This document shows, one piece after another, positions 31,904 through 41,563 of a DNA stretch of 64,000 nucleotides. This stretch comes from an uncultured Fibrobacteria bacterium (GTDB lineage Bacteria > Fibrobacterota > Fibrobacteria > UBA11236): assembly GCA_963716395.1 (NCBI GenBank), contig OY970309.1:1088001-1152000 (forward strand), given 5' to 3'. The stretch's first letter is position 1; each line of letters begins with the position of its first letter. The translations under genes were made by a program, and so were the position numbers. Below the pieces are notes generated by a model. The model worked only from the letters and a program-made list of their open reading frames with translations, made no database searches and was not told the DNA's origin.

Positions 31904-32661
31904 CTATTGCAGCAACTTTTCCACGGTTTTGGCGTCGGCCTGTGCGTTGTGGACTCGCAGGCCATTCTTGAAGATTTCTTGCTCCACCCTATAACGCTTT
32001 AACGTGCTATCCGGCTCAGCGCTGAAAGTCCACAATTCACCGGTTCCATTTATCACCTTTCCAGTTGCTTTTCCGGTCGGGGAAAATGATTCGGAAAAAA
32101 TTAGGCGCTGGTTCCCTTTACTCGGATCTTCTTCGCGGGTCGCCTGTTCTTTCTTAGACGCAAATTACCGTTGGGAAAATACTCTTCGTCCGAAATAATT
32201 AACCCTTTATGGCATTGCGCCACCAATTTCTTATTGCCATTGGGCCACCATTCCTGCCATAAGCCCTCTTCTTGGCCGGAGTCGTTGTAGTTTTTGATTA
32301 AAGATGGGTGGCCGGGGGAGTAAAAGGATTCGGACTCTCCATTTAGTTTTCCGTTACTATAATTCTTTCGAGAAATGATATTTCCAAGAGTGTCCCATAT
32401 TAAACACTGGCCCTCTTTTTTACCATCAATAAAAAAGACACTATCATGTATTCTCCATTTTTTATCATAGCTTAACAGCATCCCGTTCCTAATTTTTCCT
32501 TTATATTCAGAAACAAAATTAAAATTTTTAGATAATCCGCAATCAACTCTTAATTCGATTTCACCATTAGTGGTTTTGTGCTTTTCAATTTGTCCACATT
32601 CATAAGCGCATACGAAACAAGGGAAAACAAATATCCCAAAAAAGGAAACACGAATTACCAT
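31904..32661 (-). CDS. MORN-variant/YwqK-like partner 5 (B-type C-terminus; frameshift ~32150)
   Basis: Signal peptide; YECG..IELRVDC; MORN-like repeats. Confidence 0.78.
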
Positions 32662-33014
32662 AAGCTATCCAAATTATTTTGGGCCAGTAAGGCTCTAAAC
32701 GCGATTAAAAAATCTGCATTCGCTTCTTGTGGGTCTCCATTTTCATCAACAAATCCAACTGCATTGCCAAAATCCTGAATCCGCTCTATCCCCGCCTTCA
32801 GCGCATCCGCTTTTTGTTTTACAGACACCGGATCTTCATCACCCGATCCGGGTGGCGGCAAAGGCAATTGCGACACAAAGCGCAACACCCATTTGAGAAT
32901 GTGATTGCCGTTCGGTGATTTCGAAGCCCCCTCGGTAGATTTCAATATATCAAGTATGACCGGAAAATCCGCATCTTCGCGTGTTTGCATCAAGGTGATG
33001 ATGGCCTGGGCCAA
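32655..33014 (-). other. Cassette 5: effector C-terminal module, tip GIERIQDFGNAVGFVDENGDPQEANADFLIAFRALLAQNNLDSLW
   Basis: Constant segment plus variable tip. Confidence 0.85.
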
Positions 33015-33016
33015 AC

Positions 33017-33794
33017 CTATTGCAGCAACTTTTCCACGGTTTGTGAGTCGGCCTCCTGATTGCTCACTTCGAAGCCGTCTTTATAAACTTCGTGCAAGAC
33101 GCGATGTTTGTGCGTGACGCTGTCCGGCTTGGCATCGAATAGCCACGTTTCTCCTGTTCCATTCACCACCCTGCCGGTAGATTTTCCCGCGGGTGAAAAA
33201 GTTTCATAGAAAACCACCTTCGCGTCTTCCTTTGAGGGCTTCGGCTGATACGCTGTTTTTTCCTTTAATCGCAAAACTCCGTTTGGAAAGTATTCTTCAT
33301 CCTCAATCACTTCACCTTTATGACATTGCGCCACCAATTTCTTATTGCCGTTGGGCCACCATTCCTGCCATACAGCCCTCTTCCTGACCCGAGTCGTTGT
33401 AGTTTTTGATTAAAGATGGGTGGCCGGGGGAATAGTAATTTTCATCCTTGCCGATTTGGATTCCGTTTCGATGTTCCCTGCGTCCAACAATATTACCAAG
33501 GGAATCCCAGAACAATGAAACCCCATTTTCTTTTCCATTGATATAAAAACTGCTGTCTTTCTTTCTCCAAAGACTATCATAGTCAACTTGGAAACCATTC
33601 TGAACTTCTCCTTTATACTCTAAAACTGAAATTACGTCGTATTCTTTTTTACCGGAACAGTCGACTTCTAATTCCACTTTCCCATAACGTCGCTTGAAAA
33701 TTTTTTTCTCTCCGCAAGTATAAGAAGATGGTTTACATTGCCCAAAACTGAGGAAAACAAATAAAATCAAAATTAGTCGATTACTGAATCCCAT
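33017..33794 (-). CDS. MORN-variant/YwqK-like partner 4 (A-type C-terminus; frameshift ~33372)
   Basis: MGFSNRLILILFVFLSFGQC signal peptide; YTCG..VELEVDC. Confidence 0.78.
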
Positions 33795-34131
33795 TTTCTT
33801 CGAGCAAATTATGGAATTGGTGCAAAAACCCAGCGTTCCGGTTTTGTTTTCTTCTGTTTTCATCAAAGTACCCTTCACCCTCGCCAAAATCATTAATCCG
33901 TTTAATCCCCGCCTTCAGCGCATCCGTTTTTTGTTTTACAGACACCGGATCTTCATCACCCGATCCGGGTGGCGGCAAAGGCAATTGCGACACAAAGCGC
34001 AACACCCATTTGAGAATGTGATTGCCGTTCGGTGATTTCGAAGCCCCCTCGGTAGATTTCAATATATCGAGTATGACCGGAAAATCCGCATCTTCGCGTG
34101 TTTGCATCAAGGTGATGATGGCTTGGGCCAA
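33781..34131 (-). other. Cassette 4: effector C-terminal module, tip GIKRINDFGEGEGYFDENRRKQNRNAGFLHQFHNLLEENGIQ
   Basis: Constant segment plus variable tip. Confidence 0.85.
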
Positions 34132-34133
34132 AT

Positions 34134-34921
34134 CTATTGCAGCAACTTTTCCACGGTTTTGGCGTCGGCCTGTGCGTTGTGGACTTCGCAGGCCATTCTT
34201 GAAGATTTCTTGCTCCACCCTATAACGCTTTAACGTGCTATCCGGCTCAGCGCTGAAAGTCCACAATTCACCGGTTCCATTTATCACCTTTCCAGTTGCT
34301 TTTCCGGTCGGGGAAAATGATTCGGAAAAAATTAGGCGCTTGCGTTCCCTTTACTCGGATCTTCTTCGCGGGTCGCCTGTTCTTTCTAGACGCAAAATTA
34401 CCGTTGGGAAAATACTCTTCGTCCGAAATAATTAACCCTTTATGACATTGCGCCACCAATTTCTTATTGCCATTGGGCCACCATTCCTGCCATAAGCCCT
34501 CTTCTTGGCCGGAGTCGTTGTAGTTTTTGATTAAAGATGGGTGGCCGGGGGAATAGTAATTTTCATCCTTGCCGATTTGGATTCCGTTTCGATGATTCCC
34601 TGCGTCCAACAATATTACCAAGGGAATCCCAGAACAATGAAACCCCATTTTCTTTTCCATTGATATAAAAACTGCTGTCTTTCTTTCTCCAAAGACTATC
34701 ATAGTGAACTTGGAATACCATTCTGAACTTCTCCTTTATATTCTAAAACTGAAATTACGTCGTATTCGTTTTTTAGCCGGAACAGTCGACTTCTAATTCC
34801 ACTTTCCCATAACGTCGCTTGAAAATTTTTTTCTCTCCGCAAGTATAAGAAGATGGTTTACATTGCCCAAAACAATGAGGAAAACAAATAAAATCAAAAT
34901 TAGTCGATTACTGAATCCCAT
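34134..34921 (-). CDS. MORN-variant/YwqK-like partner 3 (N-half as partner 4, B-type C-terminus; several indels)
   Basis: 5' half near-identical to the 5' half of partner 4; 3' half matches B-type. Confidence 0.72.
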
Positions 34922-35259
34922 TTTCTTCGAGCAAATTATGGAATTGGTGCAAAAAACCCAGCGTTCCGGTTTTGTTTTCTTCTGTTTTCATCAAAGTACC
35001 CTTCACCCTCGCCAAAATCATTAATCCGTTTAATCCCCGCCTTCAGCGCATCCGCTTTTTGTTTTACAGACACCGGATCTTCATCACCCGATCCGGGTGG
35101 CGGCAAAGGCAATTGCGACACAAAGCGCAACACCCATTTGAGAATGTGATTGCCGTTCGGAGATTTCGAAGCCCCCTCGGTAGATTTCAATATATCGAGT
35201 ATGACCGGAAAATCCGCATCTTCGCGTGTTTGCATCAAGGTGATGATGGCTTGGGCCAA
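34908..35259 (-). other. Cassette 3: effector C-terminal module, same tip as cassette 4 (homopolymer indel)
   Basis: DNA near-identical to 33781-34131; extended A-run at ~34951. Confidence 0.8.
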
Positions 35260-35261
35260 AT

Positions 35262-36054
35262 CTATTGCAGCAACTTTTCCACGGTTTTGGCGTCGGCCTC
35301 CTGCATTGCTCGACTTCGAAGCCGTCTTTATAAACTTCGTGCAAGACGCGATAACGCTTTATGCGTGAAGCTGTCCGGCTTGGCACTCGAATAGCCACGT
35401 TTCTCCTGTTCCATTCACCACCTTGCCGGTAGATTTTCCGGTCGGGTGAAAAAGTTTCATAGAAAACCAGGCGCTTCGCGTCTTCCTTTGACTCGGGTCT
35501 TCGTCGCTGATACGCCTGTTTTTTCCTTTAGATCGCAAAACTACCGTTTGGAAAGTATTCTTCATCCTCAATCACTTCACCCTTTATGACATTGCGCCAC
35601 CAATTTCTTATTGCCATTGGGCCACCATTCCTGCCATAAGCCCTCTTCTTGGCCCGAGTCGTTGTAATGTGATTAATGTGCTCGGCTTATTGGGGGCGTA
35701 AAATGTTGTGCGAACTCCGACGGGATATCCATTTACATAATGGGTTTTTTCAACAATATTTCCAAGTGAATCCCAGACTAAACAATTTCCGTTCTTTTTC
35801 CCCTCCACATAGAAGCAACTATCGTGTTTTATCCATCGGACAGGCCCTGAATTTGTTTTGTTAAAGCTCATGGATATCCCGCTTCGCCGGCCATTTTGAT
35901 ATTCGGATACGAATTTCGTATTCGTGTCGAGTTTACAGTTCACACGTAATTCAACTGTTCCATATGGTTTTGAATATGTTGCCCTGGTACCGCATTCATA
36001 TTCATCCGAAAAACAGATTTGAAAAAGAAGAGCGATAATCAGCAACCTGATCAT
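35262..36054 (-). CDS. MORN-variant/YwqK-like partner 2 (most divergent N-half; 3' half A/B chimeric with indels)
   Basis: MIRLLIIALLFQICFS signal peptide; YECG..VELRVNC; ATGA overlap with tip 2. Confidence 0.72.
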
Positions 36055-36404
36055 AAACCACTCAAACCATTTTTTTGCATGAGGTCAGCAAAATCTGATA
36101 AAAAGTCCTCGTCTTTATCTCGATATTTATCTGTTGGTTTAAGATTTTTTGCGAGCCCGTAATTATTTAACAACTGTTTCCCCGCCTTCAGCGCATCCGC
36201 TTTTTGTTTTACGGCCACCGGATCTTCATCACCCGATCCGGGTGGCGGCAAAGGCAATTGCGACACAAAGCGCAACACCCATTTGAGAATGTGATTGCCG
36301 TTCGGTGATTTCGAAGCCCCCTCGGTAGATTTCAATATATCGAGTATGACCGGAAAATCCGCATCTTCGCGTGTTTGCATCAAGGTGATGATGGCCTGGG
36401 CCAA
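36051..36404 (-). other. Cassette 2: effector C-terminal module, tip GKQLLNNYGLAKNLKPTDKYRDKDEDFLSDFADLMQKNGLSGL
   Basis: Constant segment plus the most divergent tip. Confidence 0.85.
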
Positions 36405-36406
36405 AC

Positions 36407-37177
36407 CTATTGCAGCAACTTTTCCACGGTTTGTGAGTCGGCCTCCTGATTGCTCACTTCGAAGCCGTCTTTATAAACTTCGTGCAAGACGCGATGTTTG
36501 TGCGTGACGCTGTCCGGCTTGGCATCGAATAGCCACGTTTCTCCTGTTCCATTCACCACCCTGCCGGTAGATTTTCCCGCGGGTGAAAAAGTTTCATAGA
36601 AAACCACCTTCGCGTCTTCCTTTGAGGGCTTCGGCTGATACGCTGTTTTTTCCTTTAATCGCAAAACTCCGTTTGGAAAGTATTCTTCGTCCTCAATCAC
36701 TTCACCTTTATGACATTGCGCCACCAATTTCTTATTGCCATTGGGCCACCATTCCTGCCATAAGCCCTCTTCTTGGCCGGAGTCGTTGTAGTTTTTGATT
36801 AAAGATGGGTGGCCGGGGGAATAGTAGAATTCTTTCTTCCCAATCTGTACTCCCATACGATGATTTTCGCGGCCAACGAGGTTGCCGAGCGTATCCCAAT
36901 AAAGACATTCGCCGTTTTCTTTTCCGTCCACAAAAAAACTGCTGTCTTTTTTGCGCCAAAGACTATCGTAATGTATTGCAATGCCATTTTGATTATCGTT
37001 TTTAAATTCTAATACGGATATATTGTTGTCTGTTTTATCAGACAAAAAGCTACAATCGACTTGCAGTTTTACTAGGCCGTAGGGTTTTTTAACAGTATTC
37101 GATTCGCCACATGAAAATGGGTTACCAGTATTCGCGTTTATCATGGATGCTGCGATTAAATAAAACAGAAATTTCAT
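36407..37177 (-). CDS. MORN-variant/YwqK-like partner 1 (intact, 256 aa, A-type C-terminus)
   Basis: Signal peptide; FSCG..VKLQVDC; repeats G..NG....Y/W...G; ATGA overlap with tip 1. Confidence 0.85.
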   Translation of the reverse strand: MKFLFYLIAASMINANTGNPFSCGESNTVKKPYGLVKLQVDCSFLSDKTDNNISVLEFKNDNQNGIAIHYDSLWRKKDSSFFVDGKENGECLYWDTLGNLVGRENHRMGVQIGKKEFYYSPGHPSLIKNYNDSGQEEGLWQEWWPNGNKKLVAQCHKGEVIEDEEYFPNGVLRLKEKTAYQPKPSKEDAKVVFYETFSPAGKSTGRVVNGTGETWLFDAKPDSVTHKHRVLHEVYKDGFEVSNQEADSQTVEKLLQ

Positions 37178-37524
37178 TTTATCGAATTTGTTTCTAAAAG
37201 TATGTGAATGTGCGCCAGAAAAACGTCGTTTCGTTTCGCCGGATCCCCTCTTTCGTCTACATATCCTTCACCTTTCCCGAACTTTTCAATCCGCTCTATC
37301 CCCGCCTTCAGCGCATCCGCTTTTTGTTTTACAGACACCGGATCTTCATCACCCGATCCGGGTGGCGGCAAAGGCAATTGCGACACAAAGCGCAACACCC
37401 ATTTGAGAATGTGATTGCCGTTCGGAGATTTCGAAGCCCCCTCGGTAGATTTCAATATATCGAGTATGACCGGAAAATCCGCATCTTCGCGTGTTTGCAT
37501 CAAGGTGATGATGGCCTGGGCCAA
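37174..37524 (-). other. Cassette 1: effector C-terminal module, tip GIERIEKFGKGEGYVDERGDPAKRNDVFLAHIHILLETNSIK
   Basis: Constant segment plus variable tip. Confidence 0.85.
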
Positions 37525-37526
37525 AT

Positions 37527-38344
37527 CTATTGCAGCAACTTTTCCACGGTTTTGGCGTCGGCCTGTGCGTTGCTGCACTCGCAGGCCATTCTTGAAGATT
37601 TCTTGCTCGACGCTATAACGCTTTATGCGTGAGCTATCCGGCTCAGCGCTGAAAGTCCACAATTCACCGGTTCCATTTATCACTTTTCCAGTTGATTTTC
37701 CGGTCGGGGAAAATGATTCGGAAAAAATTAGGCGCTTCGCGTCTCCCTTTGACTCGGATCTTCTTCGCGGGTACGCCTGTTCTTTCCTTTAGATCGCAAA
37801 TTACCGTTTGGAAAATATTCTTCGTCCGAAATAACTTAACCCTTTATGGCATTGCGCCACCAATTTCTTATTGCCATTGGGCCACCATTCCTGCCATAAG
37901 CCCTCTTCTTGACCCGAGTCGTTGTAGTTTTTGATTAAAGATGGGTGGCCGGGGGAATAGTAATTCTTCACTCCTTGCCGATTTGGATTCCGTTTCGATA
38001 ATTCCCTTTCCGCACGATACTTGACCCAAGCGTATCCCAGAACAATCAAATTCCATTTTTTTTACCGTTAAGATAAAAACTGCTGTCGTTTTTTTAGTCG
38101 CGCTATAAGACTATCATAGTGAACTGGCAATACCATTTTGAATCCGCCTTTGATATTCGAAAACCGAAATTATGTTATCCTCTAATTAGTCTGCAATCGA
38201 CGCGAAGCTCCACTTCGCCATAGGAACGTGCTTGAACTTTTTCTTTTTCTCCGCAAGTATAAGTTTGCATGTGCAGATAGTTTGAGATGACTAACACAGG
38301 AAAAACATAAAGCCTTAGATTAATCGAGCTATCTTAATCCCATT
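37527..38344 (-). CDS. MORN-variant/YwqK-like partner 0, cognate to the full-length effector (many indels, likely consensus errors)
   Basis: Homologous blocks YTCGEK, VELRVDC, YSPGHPSL..WWPNG and VEKLLQ are recoverable across frames. Confidence 0.65.
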
Positions 38345-40997
38345 CTCTTTGAGTAGATTATGAAATTCGGATACAAAAAACCGGCATTTGCAGTCCTGCT
38401 CTTTATTGTTCTCATCGAACATTTACCCCTTCGCCCGCTCCAAATTCTTAATCCGCTTTATCCCCGCCTTCAGCGCATCCGCTTTTTGTTTTACAGACAC
38501 CGGATCTTCATCACCCGATCCGGGTGGCGGCAAAGGCAATTGCGACACAAAGCGCAACACCCATTTGAGAATGTGATTGCCGTTCGGTGATTTCGAAGCC
38601 CCCTCGGTAGATTTCAATATATCGAGTATGACCGGAAAATCCGCATCTTCGCGTGTTTGCATCAAGGTGATGATGGCCTGGGCCAAACCTTCGGGAGGAA
38701 CACTTTTATAAATGGTTTGGCGCAGAGGAGCGCCCACAATTTGCTCTTTCACGATGGCTAAATCATGCAGATTTTCCGACAGCCAGTGTTTAAAATTGCT
38801 CACCCGATTGATGGCATAATCGGCGCCCATGGCTAGGGTTATTTTCCGATTCCGCGACTAAGGCGAAGCTATAGTTCTTGTACGCCGTGAAGGCGTCGTC
38901 GATTTCCTTCACATAATGAGAATCGACGGAGTACAGCAAATGCCCTAAAAATTCGCAGCCTTGCTTGGCGTCGACTTCCCAGGTCAAACCGCTGCCGCCG
39001 CCCAAACCCCAAGCCAGGCTCCAGGCAAAATGAAAACGAAACCGCCCGGCACTATAACTCACATGAAAGGATAAGTCGGCCGCAGCGCCGGCCGTGCCTT
39101 TCAGTTCGCCTTCGATCTCGGCCAAATCCGCAAATTCTTGGTGCGCGTCCGGACTCCATTGCGCCGAGAAGGTTATGCCGGCCGTGCCTTGCACGCCGGC
39201 CACCGCATGCACATCGGCTTTGGCCGAAGTTTCACTTTTGGACTTCGATTCCTGGTTGTCGGATTTCTTGTCCTGGCTCAAATCCACGGCCGGAAAGGAA
39301 ATGCAGCCGTTGGCCGATAGGCCCACGAACAATCCGGCTTTGCCGTCTATGCAGATCCGCACCAGGCATTGACCGTTGTTCTCGCGGCAAGAATTTTGGG
39401 CTTTGGGATTGCACAAAGTGGGCAGCAAATCCAATCCTTCGCGCTGGGGCAGAAAAATCTTGCCTGAAAGTTTGCCCTCAAACAAGGCGAAAGACGCGTC
39501 GCCCGAAGCCTGCAAGGAAATTTTTTTGTCTTTGAGATCAAATTCCGCTTTTCCGCTATAACCCAGGGCATAACGCCCGAGGGCCGCTTCGGGGGTGAAC
39601 TGAAACACATCGTTAGGGTTGGTTTTTTGATCCGACTTTCGCGGCCATTTCCAGACGCCGCCGACGACAGGTTCGCTTTCAAACAACTTGGCCTTCAGTT
39701 TCCCTTTCCATAGGGATTTGTCCTCCCCGTCACTTTTATTTCGCTTCAGCAATTTGTCCAGGCGCTTCTGCAAGGATTGATCCGAGGCCTTGACCCATTT
39801 CCCGGGAATTTTGCGGCCGTCTTGGCGCCAAGCCGCAGGCACGTGCACGAAATCCGTCGGCTGGCCCCAACGCGGGTTTTTCTGCACGGTCAACAATTCA
39901 TCCAAACCTTTTTCGACATCGCCGCCGGGCTTGCCTTCGAACAGTGCTTCCCATTCTTTCCGCACCTTTTCCAATTCCTGGGTGCGCGCTTTGGAATCGC
40001 TTTGCTTCCAGGCCTCGGCGGTTTTGCCCCGCAAAGCCTGGGATTTGTTCACATGGGTCGAAAAGGCATTGAAGTCCTCCTGCACTTCCAACATCAGGTA
40101 TTCTTCATTCCGCGGACTATAAAAAATGCAGCCATCAAAATCATCCTCGGTGATTTTCAACCCCCCGCTCTTCACTTCGAGCTTGGGCGAGGATTTTTTG
40201 GCCTTGAAGTAGAACGCATCGCCCGGCTTCAGCGGACCCATGCGCGTTTTTTCCGGCACACACCATTTGGCCACGGCGGCATGGTCGTTGCGTTTTTTCC
40301 CCACGGTTCCGGAATAGGTATTCACCATTTCATCCGATCCGCTTTGGCCTTTGCGGAATAGTTCGAAATGAATGAGATCGCCGGGCATGAGCCCGTCGGT
40401 ATCGACTTTGAAATGCACGATGTCGCCGATGGCGGCTTCGGTGAGAATGCTTTCTGAACTGCCGGGCTTGGTATCGTCTTCGATGTAAGCAAAACCCGGG
40501 TTCAAAAGCGCCGGTTCCGCCTCTTGGCTTTGCGCCGCCGCTGCATCCGCATCCTCGGACTTTTTCCTTTTAGGGTTGGCGCGGGCCAAGGCGCGCGTAT
40601 AGGCCCAATACAGGGCGTGCACGGCATGGTCGAGATGCGAGCCGGGAGCGACCACCAGCCACGATTCCCGGTGGTGCGGAATTTCGTGGGCGAGAAGGTG
40701 AAGGGGAGAATCTTCGGGGCGGCGCGGATATCCCGTGACGCGGGGAGGTCCGGTGCGGTACAACTCTTCCAACTCGTTGCGGTTCAACCTTTGCAAAACC
40801 CTTTCGAGGTCCAGCTGCGTCTGGTTTTTCAGCCAGGCCGGGCATTCCTTCGGCAGCCTGGGACAGGGGCCGAGGTAGTGAAATCCCCGTATGCGCGGGC
40901 TGCCCCCCAGGTAACGGCAAGGTTTCCAGGGGCAATCTTTACAGCAAGGCGCCGGGTAGGGCAAAGCTTCGGAAGGTACGGAAGCGGTTTCAGGCAT
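38330..40997 (-). CDS. Large (~890 aa) putative secreted effector/polymorphic toxin with swappable C-terminal tip; frameshift ~38845 and indels in tip
   Basis: ORF 38790..40997 joins ORF 38423..38830 by one frameshift; Cys-rich N-terminus, Ig-like segment, Gly/Ala-rich beta region, then the constant LAQAIITL..KAG block. Confidence 0.7.
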
Positions 40998-41139
40998 GGC
41001 CCTTCATTTCCTCTAAACGGCCGAACATCTGCTCCGACAATCTATGATCCTTTTATTCACCCGGGCCCTCGGAAATGGGAATCAATTGCGCCGATTTGGA
41101 ATCCTAAACGACTTGGGTTACCGATCCATCGCGCATCTT

Positions 41140-41331
41140 TCACACGGCCTGCTCCACCTTGTCTTCCTGGGTCAAGTCGGCCGCGAAAAGCTCATCATCG
41201 GGATTCACCTTTTTCGGGTGACGGCTGACCAGACGGATATTTGCAGGGTAGGCGGACAATTCTTTGGCCAGCGGCGAACCGATGGAGCCACCGGCCCCCA
41301 GAATGGTTTGTCTTGCTTGCGTTTGCGCCAT
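41140..41331 (-). pseudogene. Truncated NAD-dependent epimerase/dehydratase (N-terminal Rossmann fragment)
   Basis: QTILGAGGSIG..LA.EL......RLVSR.PKKVN..DEL..ADL; stops after 63 aa with no continuation visible. Confidence 0.75.
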
Positions 41332-41563
41332 GTTCGCGCCTTTCTTGCCTAGGGTTGGATAAAAACAAACAAAGGATCGGCCGTTGGATCCATCGATGAT
41401 TTCATTTCGATTTCGGTGCACACGGAAATCCAGATCCGAAAATTCCCGCTTTTAGAGCGCCGGAAAGCGATGAATTTCCACAAACCCTTCCCTTCGCGGG
41501 CTAAAGGGTGGAAAATGATACTTGTCCCGGAACCCGCCGTTCGTGTGACCCAAAGGGGAGAAC

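Larger units (their letters stand above)
29571..38690 (-). repeat. Tandem cassette array, ~1.12-kb period (constant effector segment + variable tip + MORN partner gene)
   Basis: Constant block TTGGC[C/T]CA[A/G]GCCATCATCACCTTGATG begins at ~38685 (main gene), 37524, 36404, 35259, 34131, 33014, 31901, 30780 and 29667. Confidence 0.95.

Noticed and set aside
29571-38690. CRISPR array, integron, shufflon or DGR explanation for the cassette array
   Set aside because: Repeats are coding and >200 bp. There are no cas genes, attC-like hairpins, inverted recombination sites, recombinase or reverse transcriptase, and variation is not adenine-specific.
30200-38860. Programmed frameshifting or true pseudogenisation of partner genes and effector
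   Set aside because: Indels are scattered, differ between copies, and in partners 0 and 2 interleave A- and B-type bases. That pattern fits consensus errors in repeats; it cannot be settled without reads.
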